A DNA stretch of 64,000 bases, from positions 992,001 to 1,056,000 of the forward strand of contig CATNEN010000003.1 of assembly GCA_950097015.1 (NCBI GenBank). The letters run 5' to 3'. Made by a program: the position numbers and the translations under genes. This document shows positions 1-11,936 of the stretch, piece by piece (position 1 is the stretch's first letter; every line of letters begins with the position of its first letter). This stretch comes from Macrostomum hystrix. Its lineage: Eukaryota > Animalia > Platyhelminthes. The notes under the pieces were generated by a model. It worked only from the letters and a program-made list of their open reading frames with translations, ran no database searches and was not told the DNA's origin.

Positions 1-169
1 AAATGTAACGACGCATTTGTGAATACGGCTCGGGGTTCATGAAAATGTTTCTTCATGTATGTAAAACCTGACTTCAGTATGTTCTGTAGATTACAAGACA
101 TCGCTTACTGCATGAGTACAGTGAATACAACAAAAAGTTGTCAGATGGTAATTGTCAAAGCGCGCAATT

Positions 170-1145
170 GCAGAGTTCGCATTGTTGTCGGTTCACGAGG
201 GTCGAAGATGCCGGCGTCCGACAGAAGCAGGTCGACGTAGCGCACGACACGCCGCCGCGCTCCCCATTAGGGAAGCAGAGCAGCACATCTTGCAGGGGCT
301 CTGGGCAGCGCTTCTTGAATGACGCTGCGTGCGCGGCGTCCAGCTGCCACTTCTAAGAGCCGGTCACGTGTGGGCGTTGCGTGGTCTCCATCACGGCTTG
401 TTACAACCGTCCCCTCAGCCAGTCTGGAAGCGCGGAGCACTGCAGGACTGTTCGCAGGGAGCGGAAAGCTTCCAGGTCAGTGCTCTGCGCCGTGCGATGT
501 CGTCCTACATGCTTGGAACCAGGCCGGCCTAGGTAGACAAACACCGTGCAGTGAGGCAGCAGCGCCAACCTGCCCCGCTCGAGTCACGCCAGCGGATCTC
601 AGCCGGTAGGTCCGTCGGCACCTTCAGCACCATCGTTTTCTGGGCGTTCACACACAGCTCGATCACAGCTGCCGCGGCCATTCAGCTTGTCCAGCAGGCG
701 TCGGGCTCCTTCAGCAGAGCTTGACAGCGACACCTGGTAATCCGCGTACGCCAGCAGTACGGAGAGTCGCTTCTCGGGGATGTCGCATGCTCGTTCTGTG
801 GCTGATCAGAAAGCCAATATGCATCGGAGTCATCAGGACGACTGACGCGCAGACAGTCCGTCTGGAGTTATAACTGCCGCCCTGCACGGTCTCCTGGTCC
901 AGGGCCATCACAGCCCCTGCTGCTCTGGCACGTGGTATTCGCGAAGAGTGGTCGCAATGACTCGCCTCGGCACTGAATCAAACGCCTTCAAGAAATATAC
1001 GAAGATGCAGACGACGATCCATTGGTGGAAGCGAGCCTGTTCTAAGATGCGGCGCGACGCGAGAATTTGTGTTATTGTACCCCTGCACGGCCGGACACAG
1101 TTCCACTCTCGACGAAGGAAAGGGTCCAGCACTGGCTGCAGCCAT
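170..1145 (-). mobile_element. Degenerate RTE-like non-LTR retrotransposon (reverse transcriptase fragment and 3' end)
   Basis: Minus-strand translation gives RT motifs LQPVLDPFLR..RGT..QILASRRILE..FVYFLKAFDSVPR and VLLAYAD (about 730-760), with frameshifts. Clearly similar to a second copy at 37500-38560. Confidence 0.75.
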
Positions 1146-1392
1146 ATTCATTATAGTGAATGCAAGACTTCTCAGTTGCGAATGTCCGTGCAAGTTTTCC
1201 ATGCATCAATTTTATTACTTGTTCACTCATGATTAGGTCGCTTCTTTCTCAGAAAAGTGCAGAAGTTAACGTCTGTGAGCTAATTAAACTATACTAAACG
1301 TATTTGAATTCTAGTGTACTACTACTCTTCATGATTCTTAGTCAGTTTCCAACACCCTTAGTTATTCAAAGCAGGCTATAACATTCAAAATG

Positions 1393-3530
1393 TCACTCAA
1401 CCAGAATCATCATCCGGATGCTTTTGAGTGAGATAAAATAATTGTCGATCGTGTGCCAGACGATGTACTGGTGACTGTTGATCTCGCTGTTGACAAACAG
1501 TCCGTTTGGATTAGCATGGAAACAAGCTCTGTACCACCAGCCAGAGCTACTCCCATAGTTGATGGAGCAGGAGCCTGCCAATTGGTCATTGTCCCGGTCC
1601 AGGGTGGAGAACATCATTCCCAGACTGCGCTCTGCCAGGGCGTCTCCAGAAATGTTTGACCTCTCGATGGCATAGCGGCTATAGTTCAGCACATAGTTAC
1701 TAGCCGGGTTGCCCACCTTGAAGCCATCGTACTCGCAGTGGTACTCAGATCCATTCCATTTGGTCATCTCAAAGCGAACGACAGCACCTGCGCCGTTGTT
1801 TCCCGAGTTTCCCGAGGACGTGAGGGTGTGCAGCACTTTGAGGCCTGCAGCGAACAAGTTTAAAAATTTTTTAGAACTACTTGAACAACGACTTGCATGC
1901 AGATTGAAGACAACTTAAATTCAATAAGTTAAGAGATAAAAACGGTATTTTTAACGCTTTAACCCTATCAAACCCGAAGGTACGCATAGCTTCATGGCTC
2001 ACAGTTTTGCCCGCTTGCTACGCTCGTATATTACTTTCTTTTTTCAGACGATAATGTACTCGTACCTCATTAGACTTGTAAATTGCTTCAGTTAACTAAC
2101 TTGTCAGATGTTATTCATTGTTACTATCCAGCTCGTTTTTTAAGCATTAAAAAATATAAAATCCGCATCCTAAATTTAAACAAAAGAAGAAACAATTAGA
2201 CATACTCATATCTTCGTGATTCACAAAATATTGTTAACCAAGAACACCTAAAGAAGAGTCACATGAAGCACCGATTGTACTTGAAGGTTCCACAGCTAAA
2301 AACTGTCTCCAAGAAAGACGTCTATAAAGCACTGAAAGGTGATACAAGAATCTGGATCACCTGTCCAGAAGTTATCAGCATCGCCGAATCCGTTTTCGTA
2401 GTCCACCCAGGGCCGGCTGAAGTTGACGCTGCCAGAGAGGTGCTGCTGTAGCACGCAGAAGCGTCGACTGCCAACCCAACGCACGCGACAGTCAGGGTAC
2501 TCGTCCGTGCGATCTGCGAGTGCATTTTAATGATCATGTGAGTGATTAATGCATCTCCCGCACAATGAAGAGTTCACGCGTGTGAACATTAGACTCCAAA
2601 TATGTTTCATCAGGCAGCGGAAATATGAGTTCACGATTGCCTTTTGGGGTGTTGAGTCAAGATGCATTATTGTAACTTAAATTCATGTGCATTGTGCTAC
2701 ATTGCGTTACATTGGCAATAAACAGAATCAAACTATTGCATAGAGCTCACACAGCTTGGTTATTGGGCAGCCTGGTGGTAAGTAGTTGTTAGCCTCATCG
2801 CTGACATTGTACATCAGACAGCTACCATCCGGGAGACGACACACTGATCGGCAAGAAGCGGATCGATGCCTGTTGAACGCGCACAACTGCAAACAATGGT
2901 CCATGCTGCTCGTTTGCTGGGCGATTGCCGCTGCCGACACACTGGGACCCGGGCGTGTCTTCATCACCAGGTAACTGAAGCTCACTACATTATTTTGGTT
3001 TTTAATGTGATTAAACGTAATTCTACCGTGGCAAAAACTTTTCAGTCACCGAACTGCATCACGAGCATACTTAAGATAAGAAAGAAAGCTATGCTCTATT
3101 GGAATTTCTGTCGACTATGCTAATTCATTACGCTCAAAGTTTCCTTTTTTAAAGCAAATCAAATTTTCAAATGACACGGCATGACGCAGGTAAGTTACAA
3201 ATTATTTAGTAAAGTACATGAAAGCGATGTCGCGATAATATGATAATAGCTCTTATGGGGCTGAAGGCATTATGAACAATATAATGTACGCAATACGTTG
3301 GTACGCTGCACCGACACTTCTCATAATCTTAAATTCATCACAGAAAATTTTGCTTAAGTCCACGGTCCAGCGTACCAATTTATTATGGGCATGAGTATTG
3401 CTCAGCATATTTAAATCACGCCATTATACGAGAGAAGCAACTCACCTCTTGCTGGCCGGCAGGCCGAATGAATTCCTATTGGAGCAGTTGCTATGGCAAC
3501 AAGCAGCTGCAGCAGCCGCATCGCCGGCAT
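1393..3530 (-). CDS. Secreted PAN/apple-like + fibrinogen-related domain (FReD) protein, 4 exons, about 307 aa
   Basis: Phase-consistent GT-AG exons: 3530-3446 (signal peptide MPAMRLLQLLVAIATAPIGIHSAC), 2984-2751 (CLQLC..CRSVC..C, PAN-like), 2513-2361 (VNFSRPWVDYENGFGD..FWTG) and 1844-1393 (FSTLDRDND..C..GWWYRACFHANPNG, classic FReD C-terminus). The exon-2 acceptor is weak. Confidence 0.85.
3298..3378. repeat. Short inverted repeat, possible MITE relic in FReD intron 1
   Basis: ttggtacgctgcaccg ... cggtccagcgtaccaa: 16-bp arms with 1 mismatch. Confidence 0.35.
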
Positions 3531-6099
3531 TTCATTCACAGTTTAGGGTCTTTGACAGTTTATAATTTTGGGCCAGGTCCTAGGTCCTAGACTGATGATG
3601 AAGCTGCGCTTGCTGCATTTATTAAACTTTTATGCAGTTTTAAGGCATAGCACAGTCAATTACAGCCATGCCGCATGGCAATTGGCTAAGGGGTAAGCAT
3701 TTTGGGTATTCTGCTGCACTATTATGTTCACTGCTGCCTGAGGATGCTCATTGGCTGACAGTCTCAGGTATTTATGGTGGATGTCTGTAAATTGAGTGTG
3801 ATTTTAAACAGCTTTTCCACTCTTCTGAATCAAGTTCCAATCGGTTTTTTATAATGCGCAACAATTAACTTCATGTTTTTGTTCCCTAGGAATTTCGACA
3901 TTTATAGTTTTTCAACTCTGTTAATACAGAATGCATGACATTACCTGATGGTCTTGGAGTTCTATTGACCAACGTGATTGGCAGTGTAAAACGAAAATAA
4001 CTATCAATTCTCTATTCACAGAAACGAATTAGACTAGTGAAATCGGAAGCCTGACACTTACAATGTTCTGATTTCGATTAAATTATCTTGATCCTTAATA
4101 AGAAAATAAGAAAATTGCAGAAAGGCTACAGACAGTTTTGGTAACATTCGACCCGCAGCCAGCAGCGAGGAGGCAATTCCGCCCATTATATATATCCAAG
4201 GATTTAGGAGTTATTTCTGGATTTAAAGGCTATACAATGACAAGGAAAAAGAAAATGCATTTACAAATTTTACGTATTTTAGCTCGTACATTATTGGCAT
4301 AGTTTAAGAGCTAAAAAAAGAATAAAATATACACTTTGGAAAACCTTGTTATCATGCCTGCTGTTTGTTTTTGTCAAAAGCCTGCATGTTTTCTGTTTGC
4401 TCTGAACAAAGTGGCTTTGAAATGTTTATATAGAGTTGAGCAGCATTGTTAAAATCGAGCTGAAAGGAACGTTAATCTTTCTTGTCCCGGCCGTCTTGAA
4501 AGCCGATTGATTTCCTACTAGGACTTTTGCCTACGTCAAATTTCTCTTTTGACTACTTAAAAGTGAGGAAGAAAATAAAGATGGAGCTGAAATACAAACT
4601 GTATTTGAGTAGCATACGTTAGCTTTAGGATAAATCGAAAAAATACTTTAGCCAGTCCTTGCGCGGTGCTTCCAAAGGCTGTTGAGCTTTGTACAGCTAG
4701 CTGTTCAGCCATGCCCACCTACGCTCATAAATAGCAGCTGATTAAGCTGAAGCACTAAGTAATTGAGACTGTCTTGTTGCTGAATGAGACATTAATTTCT
4801 TTTTTTAAACATTTTTATTTACAATATCTTCTTATAAAGTCTATTGGGATCGTTTCTGTTGAGACGTGGTTCAGTGAAACAAACAAGCTTACTAATAATA
4901 GTAATATCGTTCCGCATTTAATATAATTACTCCTCTATTACCTTAAACTAATATAAACAATATATGAAAAAAGAGAAATGTCTGTTTTAACATGGGTAAT
5001 TGAAAATTAAACGTATTTTAAGAGAAAGGCAATAGTAAATCGCCAGTGTCAGGCCGTTGGACGCCCATGCTGTTTCAGAGCCTACAGCTTATGAGATGGA
5101 TCGAGTGGGATTGAGATTAAAGATAGCTTCAAAATTATGATTGGAATTAGGTAGAAAAAGGCTTTTTGAAAATAATTGGGGATAGTTGCTGGAGAGGGAA
5201 ATAGAAATCGGCAAATTACAAAACACAAAGTGACAGAGACTTATCAGGTCCGACGCACAAGTGCTAAGGTGTGAGCCACGGGTGTGCCTAAGTTGACTGA
5301 ATTCTGACAAATTTAAGTTTAAATCCCAATTAGGCTCTCGAGTTTGGAATCCGTTTTTGGCACAATTCACGCTGTCATCAATCGATTCGCTAATGGTCGA
5401 TATTGAATTTGATTCTATAAGTTTGAATGATTAAAGCATTGTCTAGCGTGTGCCAAACGATGAACTGGTAACTGTTGATCTCGCTGCTGACAAACAGTCC
5501 GTTTGGATTAGCGTAGAAGCAGCTACTGAACCACCAGCCAGCACCACCGCTTACGACGGAGGAGCACGAGACCGGATTTAGGCTATTGTCCTGGTCAATC
5601 GTGGAGAACATCATTCCCAGACTGCGCTCTGCCAGGGCGTCTCCAGAAATGTTTGACCTCTCGATGGCATAGCGGCTATATTTCAGCACATAGTTACTAG
5701 CCGGGTTGCCCACCTTAAAGCCATCGTACTCGCAGTGGTACTCAGATCCATTCCTTTTGGTCATCTCAAAGCTAACGGCAGCACCTGCGCCGTTGTTTTC
5801 CGAGTTTCCCGAGGACGTGAGGGTTAGAGGCCTGCAAACTAGGGCGATTAGTGAAATTCTTGGAATGTACTTTTTGCTAAATGTGATAGAAGTTGATTGA
5901 AGACGAGGGCTATCAGAGTAAATTTAGAGTGCAATAGAAACATTGAGTTAAATAATTATGTTTAGTCACAGCAACCAATTCGAAAATTCACTTCTTTTAA
6001 AAAAAGAAAAAAATTAATAATTTTTTTTGTAGCAGCTGAGTTATTAGAGCTCTGAACTTCATGCAATGGTATGAGCGTGCGAAAACAAGACAAACAACT

Positions 6100-6890
6100 T
6101 TGCCGTGAACTTCAGCATGAAAATTCGTTTCTAAAACCTGCTTTAGTTCGCTCAGTGGAGTAAAATTACCATCTGGGCTTTGAATTTGGATAGGTGTCGT
6201 GGACTCGTGGCTTCCGCGCCATCGTTCATTCAGACTTTTGATGCAGCTGTCTGAATTTCACCGGGAAGCATTTCTACCATTCTTCACGAAAGGCTGGGGC
6301 TGAGCAATATATCTACCCATTGGTCACCCCACCACCTGACCAAGGAGCAGAAGCAGGTCCGGGTTGATTGCTGCCAAGCCATGCTCGACACATTTTACGG
6401 TGGAAAGTCAGCAACAGCCTGCGAGATCGTCACTGGTGATGAGACCTGGATGACATCAGTTTCGACCGCAGTTGACAGCCCACCGCCCTCAAAGCTGGTC
6501 CGGCCCGAAGCATGGCGAAGCAGATGGTCGCTGCTTTTATGGCTCGTAGAGGTCCTGTAGCTCTGAGCCTGGGTGCTACAAACTATCAACGAGAGGCGTC
6601 CAGGGACACGAACTAAAGGCCTGCTGCTCTACCAGGACAATGCCCCAACCCAAACTGCCTGACAAGCAATCGAGTTTATGAAGTAGAACCGCATCCAACT
6701 GCTTCAACATCTTCCCTACAGTCCAGACCTGGCTTGGCGACTTCGTTGTGTTGAATTCGGTTTGAGTCGCCAGAACTGTTCCACAGTCACCTGTATGACA
6801 TCCCTAAGTCCGAGCGGCTTTTCTACTTGGCTTGAGAGGATTCCTCATCACTGATGAGGAAGCTGTGGAGTACTTCGAAGAGTCCTGACA
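6100..6890 (+). mobile_element. Decayed mariner (DD34D) transposase
   Basis: Translation gives ISTILHERLGL..WSPHHLTKEQKQVRV..IVTGDETW, LLYQDNAP and HLPYSPDLA motifs, with frameshifts and stops. Ends are approximate. Confidence 0.85.
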
Positions 6891-7072
6891 AGTATATTTT
6901 AGTTGACGCTATTCTGCGTATCTCTGCGTATCCTCATCATATCGGTGACGTTGACCTCATATCACGGAGTCTCTTTGGGATCCGGCTGCTGAAACTGCAG
7001 GGATCTGGGAAACGAGGACAGACCACAAGTGCTTATTTACCGCCCCTACTGACCCTAGACCAGACTGCAGGT

Positions 7073-7142
7073 TAGGGATGTTTGGGGTAGGGTGTCTGGG
7101 TTCTACCCCGAATCTGAAAAAATGCCAACCCGAACATCCCTA
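7073..7142. mobile_element. 70-bp hAT-type MITE
   Basis: TIRs TAGGGATG..CATCCCTA; 8-bp TSD ctgcaggt/ctgcagat (1 mismatch). Confidence 0.65.
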
Positions 7143-8094
7143 CTGCAGATGTGACTTTCTCACGAATTTCCCTTTTTTGACGCTTCCAGCTGTAGCCCCG
7201 TAGTCCTGTAGCCCAGCTGTAGCGCTTCGTCATTGATTTTAACTTTCAAAATCAGTTCACTTCTTCTATCCATCCGCAAATGAATTTTACAAAGTTTTTA
7301 CTATTAAAAAATTTCAATTAGGATTAAGAATTGTTTATAACCGATTAGGAACGAGTTTTGGGCATAAAACTGTGAATTCACTTATAAATTATCGGACGAA
7401 TTATCTCTGGAGTGACTAAAGCTTATATTTTGATGATAAAACAAAAATGCGTTTCGAGCTTATTACAAGCGTGGGTGCAGCTTACTCGTCTCAGATCTGC
7501 AGGCCGAGTTTAGTCCGAATGCGACTGTTGCCAAGACAACAAACAATTGCAGCAGCTGCATTGCTGGCCTTTCATAAAACAGTTAAAATCCTAGACTGTA
7601 GATGGGCTCTTTAGACTTTCCTGGAGCTGGTCCTATTGAGGCTGACGATGAAATTGTGTGCCATTTATTCAATGGCACAAATTCTTCTTTGACTTACGTA
7701 CGTGACAATGTCAACTGCCGGAGTTATATCCCCTAAGACTTCTAAAACAAAGCTGCCAACTTTGAGGCCATTGAATGGGGCAGCAAAAGAACGAATCTCT
7801 TGTTTTCACAGAACTTGTTGAAAGAGTAAAGAAGTAAGTAAGGAACAGATCAAAGCGGAAATAAACAGCTCAAAAAGATGAAATATTGAGTTTCAAATTG
7901 CCATTGTAACCAGATGCAAGCAAAGGGGACAAGTACATGTATTCCTTCCATGTGCAGCTTCATGGAGTGTCTTTTTCTTTGGCTTTTCATGACTGAAGGT
8001 TAATGACAAGCGCGTGTGAGAGCATATGTAAGTATAGTTAACAGTCGAAACGTTCAAACATTTTTCGTTGGTCGTGTGCCAGAGAGCCAATTAC

Positions 8095-8245
8095 AAATAG
8101 GTACCTGTTAAACGCTAGTTCTGAGTTTGAACAGAGGCAATAGGGAATTAAGTGCCCTGTATTAGGACAAATGTTTCGCTTGAACTGAGCTTCGAACTCC
8201 CGACCTCTCGGTCAGAAGTCCGGAGCTATAGCCACTGGGCTAAAG
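8095..8245 (-). mobile_element. tRNA-derived SINE fragment (family A)
   Basis: Minus-strand tRNA-like head (tagcccagtggctatagc..gagttcgaagct) and a body similar to 60070-60365. Confidence 0.5.
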
Positions 8246-8982
8246 TACATTGATCTCTTAATTTAAAAGTAGGCTAAATTCACTTAAGTGCTCAAAGACT
8301 TCGTGAAAACTATTTGAAGCGCAGGCGGGGTCAAGTTTGATGAGATGGGTGAGCTGAGTAAATGCTATTTTATACGTGCATTTAAGTTTCAGCAAATTTT
8401 GTGCTTGACGAAATTGTGCCTTAATTTGGAATGCTATGCAATGAGCACAGTGTGCTTAGATATGACCGAGTTGAGCAGGGAGATATGGCGACGGCGAATA
8501 AATTCGGCAGTACACAACGTCGGTAATATTTTCGTTCTCATTGAGCACAATTTAGCTTGTGGCTTTTTTCTTTCGTTTAAAGTGCGTATCAGTCAGAACT
8601 GGATGATTCCAACTTTCTATAGAGCTTTAGTGAGGCTCATCTTTGCAGGCCCTCTGTTTCGTTCGTTTTTTCTTCTCTTCTCTCACCGTTTCACATTGGC
8701 CTTTCACCTCTATCCATGCAGCCTTGTATTGTGGTGGCAACTCGCGCGAAAACCTCAAGCCCAGCCTCTGTGCACGACGTCTCATAAAGAATTTCTAACT
8801 CTTTCGCAAAACGTATAAAGCAACCCCTGCGCGCCGCAACAGCAGCAGCAGCAGCTAGTTCACTGCGTCGAACAAAAAAGACACTTCTGCTCTGCAACAG
8901 CTTCGAGCTTGTCAGAACTCGTCTGTACCGACTTTCCCAGGCCAGTGCACGTGGTAGGTAGTCAGAAACAGACTGGATAGTC

Positions 8983-10446
8983 ATGGCAGACATATTCAGG
9001 CAGCTGTACAGCATTAACATTGTGAACTACATCGGCGTTGAAGACTTTGCCGATCGGTTGAATTTCCTCTACACAGCCACACTACTCACCGTGTGCTGCA
9101 CCCTGACTATTGGCAGAGGGTACATCATGCACCCAATTAGCTGCTATCTGCCCAACACTTTCGGCAGCTTTCACGAGGAAAAAGACCTGCGCGGGCAGTT
9201 GGACTTCGTCAACAACTACTGTTGGTCGGAGGGCACGTACGCTGTTGACCTCAGAGAATTCGTAATCGATGGAACTTCCGACAGCGGCGGTCTAGAAAGA
9301 TACGCTGACCAGAAAATCAACTTCTACCAGTGGGTGCCTTTCGTGTTAGCACTGCAGGGCCTGTGCTTCTACCTGCCCCGGGTGATTTGGCACGCCGTGA
9401 GCTTCGGTCGTGCCGGCACAGACGTTGGTCACATTGTCAAAGTGGCCAAGGACGCTTCTCGAGCAAACGAGAAGAAGCACGTCCGGCTGTTGAATCACGC
9501 CTGCCGGATGATTGAGCAGATGCTGGACAGGCAGTCTAGCAAAGCCACGCCGCTGAATGTCAGCCGGTTCGAAGGCGCTCGCAGGCAGTGCAACCGCATT
9601 CTAGCATTCGTCATGCCCACCAGATTCGTTGGCAGTTGGCTAATCCTCATCTATCTGCTGATTAAGCTGGCCTACATAGGAAACGCAATCGGTCAGCTAG
9701 CTCTCATGCAGAGGTTCCTGCAGTTGAATTCAACTCGCTACAGCTTTCTCGGTGTTCAGCTACTCTACGATGTGGCTAACGGCAGGGACTGGCACAACAC
9801 GATGACGTTTCCCCGAGTCGGCTGCTGTGCGGTTTACTTTCGGTCTGCTGCTCGCGGCAACTGGCAATTCTCGCAGTGCTCCCTGCCCGTCAACATAGTC
9901 TACGAGAAGATCTACATCTTCCTGTGGTTCTGGTTCATCTTCGTTGCCCTAGCGACCATTTTCAGCACGCTGGCCTGGATTTGGCGCCTCCGGAGCGCCT
10001 CCATGAGCAGCAGGTTCGTGCGCAAATATTTAAAACTGGCTGATAACTACGAAGAAGTCAAGAAAACCCCCCAGATGAAGAGCTTCGTAAAAAACTTTTT
10101 ACGTCGAGACGGCGCCTTCCTAATGAAGATGCTGGCGCTAAACTGCGGCGATCTGATCTGCGCTGAGATCCTTCAGACCCTGTGGCTGCGCTACAAGAAG
10201 CGCAAGGGCCTGGTGCCAGATGAGCCCGACATGGCTGTGTTCAAGCTCAGCTGCAAGAACCTGCCGGCAGCATCGTCGGCATCGCCAGACGGCGTTGCCA
10301 AAGTCTCAGCAGCTTCAGATCGACGCCGGCGCCCGCCTGGAGCTAAGCGACAGAACAGCCTGCCGGCTCTGATGGTGCATCGCAGGAACAGCGGCAGTCA
10401 CGAGGACAGCGAGCCGCAAGAGACCGAGACGCTCATAACTTCGTGA
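8983..10446 (+). CDS. inx: Innexin (gap-junction protein), intronless, 487 aa
   Basis: GVEDFADRLNF N-terminus, ISCY..NNYCW, FYQWVPFVL, TFPRVGCC, QCSLPVNIVYEKIYIFLWFW; four TM segments. Confidence 0.96.
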   Translation: MADIFRQLYSINIVNYIGVEDFADRLNFLYTATLLTVCCTLTIGRGYIMHPISCYLPNTFGSFHEEKDLRGQLDFVNNYCWSEGTYAVDLREFVIDGTSDSGGLERYADQKINFYQWVPFVLALQGLCFYLPRVIWHAVSFGRAGTDVGHIVKVAKDASRANEKKHVRLLNHACRMIEQMLDRQSSKATPLNVSRFEGARRQCNRILAFVMPTRFVGSWLILIYLLIKLAYIGNAIGQLALMQRFLQLNSTRYSFLGVQLLYDVANGRDWHNTMTFPRVGCCAVYFRSAARGNWQFSQCSLPVNIVYEKIYIFLWFWFIFVALATIFSTLAWIWRLRSASMSSRFVRKYLKLADNYEEVKKTPQMKSFVKNFLRRDGAFLMKMLALNCGDLICAEILQTLWLRYKKRKGLVPDEPDMAVFKLSCKNLPAASSASPDGVAKVSAASDRRRRPPGAKRQNSLPALMVHRRNSGSHEDSEPQETETLITS

Positions 10447-11633
10447 GAATGCAATTAAATTTTAGCACGTCGATTTGCAAAAGCACTGCGATAATATGCA
10501 ATTTAAAGCAGTGCTCTGTATTGAATGGGTATAAGAATCAGCTTTGTCATATTCTTTGTCATTGTCAATATTCTGAAATATCTTCTTTATAAGTTCTTGC
10601 ATTGTATGGCTAATGTAAGTGCTAAAGTGAACTGAGCAGACAGTCATTAATTAAAACAATTCTGAGCTGTATAAACTCTCTTTTTCTCTATAAATCTTCT
10701 GAAATCCATTCTCTGGATTTTAAATATACTCGTATCTAAATTTTGCCATTTATTAATTTTGCATAACTTTCATTTCTTTTATTGGCTTTGTTTATTTGTT
10801 ATTTCCATATGTATCGGTTTCCTAGAAACAGGTTTTTATAATACTAGCGTAATTTAAACTTGAATTTAAACAAGTTATATTAAAAGCGGTTACACTTGCA
10901 GCTGGTTGAAATTTAGCTAAAATAACTCACTCTATTTGACTTTTTTCGACGCATTGTATAGTGTTTTCTTCAATATGCTAAACATTTCTTTTTATTCCCT
11001 ATTAATTCCTTTTGTTGTCCCTGACAGAAATGCAGCTCATTAATTTTGCTTTATTAGATTTGATTCACTGTTTTAATTAAGCGCCTGTGTGTATTCTTAA
11101 TCAATAAATAGTGCCAATAATTACGTCTTTTTCAATTTCAGTGATTTCAATTTCAATTGGACTTATTTCTGACCTGAAAATTCGAAGAACGTTAAAATTG
11201 GCTATAAACTAGTGCGGTTTACATTGAAAGCCTGTGAACAGAAACAAATGAGAGTTAAAGGAGTTGAAGGCGAAAAACACGCATCTTCAATTCTGAAAAA
11301 TTCCAAATATAATTTAGTATAGTTTGATGTCCTCGTATTTAGTAGTACCTAGCAACGTACATGACTCGACACTGAACAGCGAGAAGATTTTGACAATGGA
11401 GAACTCTGGCGATCTGACTGAGCTACTGTCACCGATTTCTAAGTAGGCAGTTGAGAGAATAAAATTACGAAACATTCATTTTTTCTGCCTAATTAAAATT
11501 TGGGGTGCAGAGGAAATGCCCTTTTACACAAAAATTTTGATTGCAAGCAGGTGTTAAAAATCTTTTTAAGAAGCCGAGAAAGGGCTTCATTGATCTGCAA
11601 CTGCAGTTTAACCGCATACGAGCGTAATTTCGC

Positions 11634-11672
11634 TGTGACAAGTGACAAGTGACAAGTGACAAGTGACAAGTG
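11634..11672 (+). repeat. (GTGACAA)n microsatellite
   Basis: About 5 perfect 7-bp units. Confidence 0.85.
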
Positions 11673-11936
11673 AAAAATTCCGAATGACAACATGGACAAG
11701 CCATGGAGCTCAGAAAACTTAGTAAAAATAGCGCAATGGCATTTGATAATAGAAATTTTTTCACAGAAAGGCGTTAAATATACTAACCGTCAAATAAAAA
11801 AAACAATTAAAAAGGCAATGCACAAGAGAGCTGTAAATTCAGTATGTATAATAGCAGTTGTCTAAAAGACAGTAAAACTATGATACAGTTTGAAGATAAA
11901 AAAAAGCAAAGAAAAGCTCACAAGTGCTTAATGTCC

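Larger units (their letters stand above)
5390..7561 (-). pseudogene. FReD paralog pseudogene (signal-peptide exon and last exon only)
   Basis: Exon 7561-7486 (MQLLQLFVVLATVAFGLNSACRSET|gtaagc) is homologous to exon 1 of the intact gene. The last exon (about 5831-5390) is near-identical in its 5' half but has a 10-bp deletion just after the acceptor (GC CTC TAA). No PAN or middle FReD exon is visible; a mariner relic lies in that interval. Confidence 0.75.

Noticed and set aside
8345-8818. 157-aa ORF upstream of innexin 1 (and the 190-aa ORF at 17965-18537)
   Set aside because: No motifs, non-coding-like composition; likely promoter or UTR sequence.
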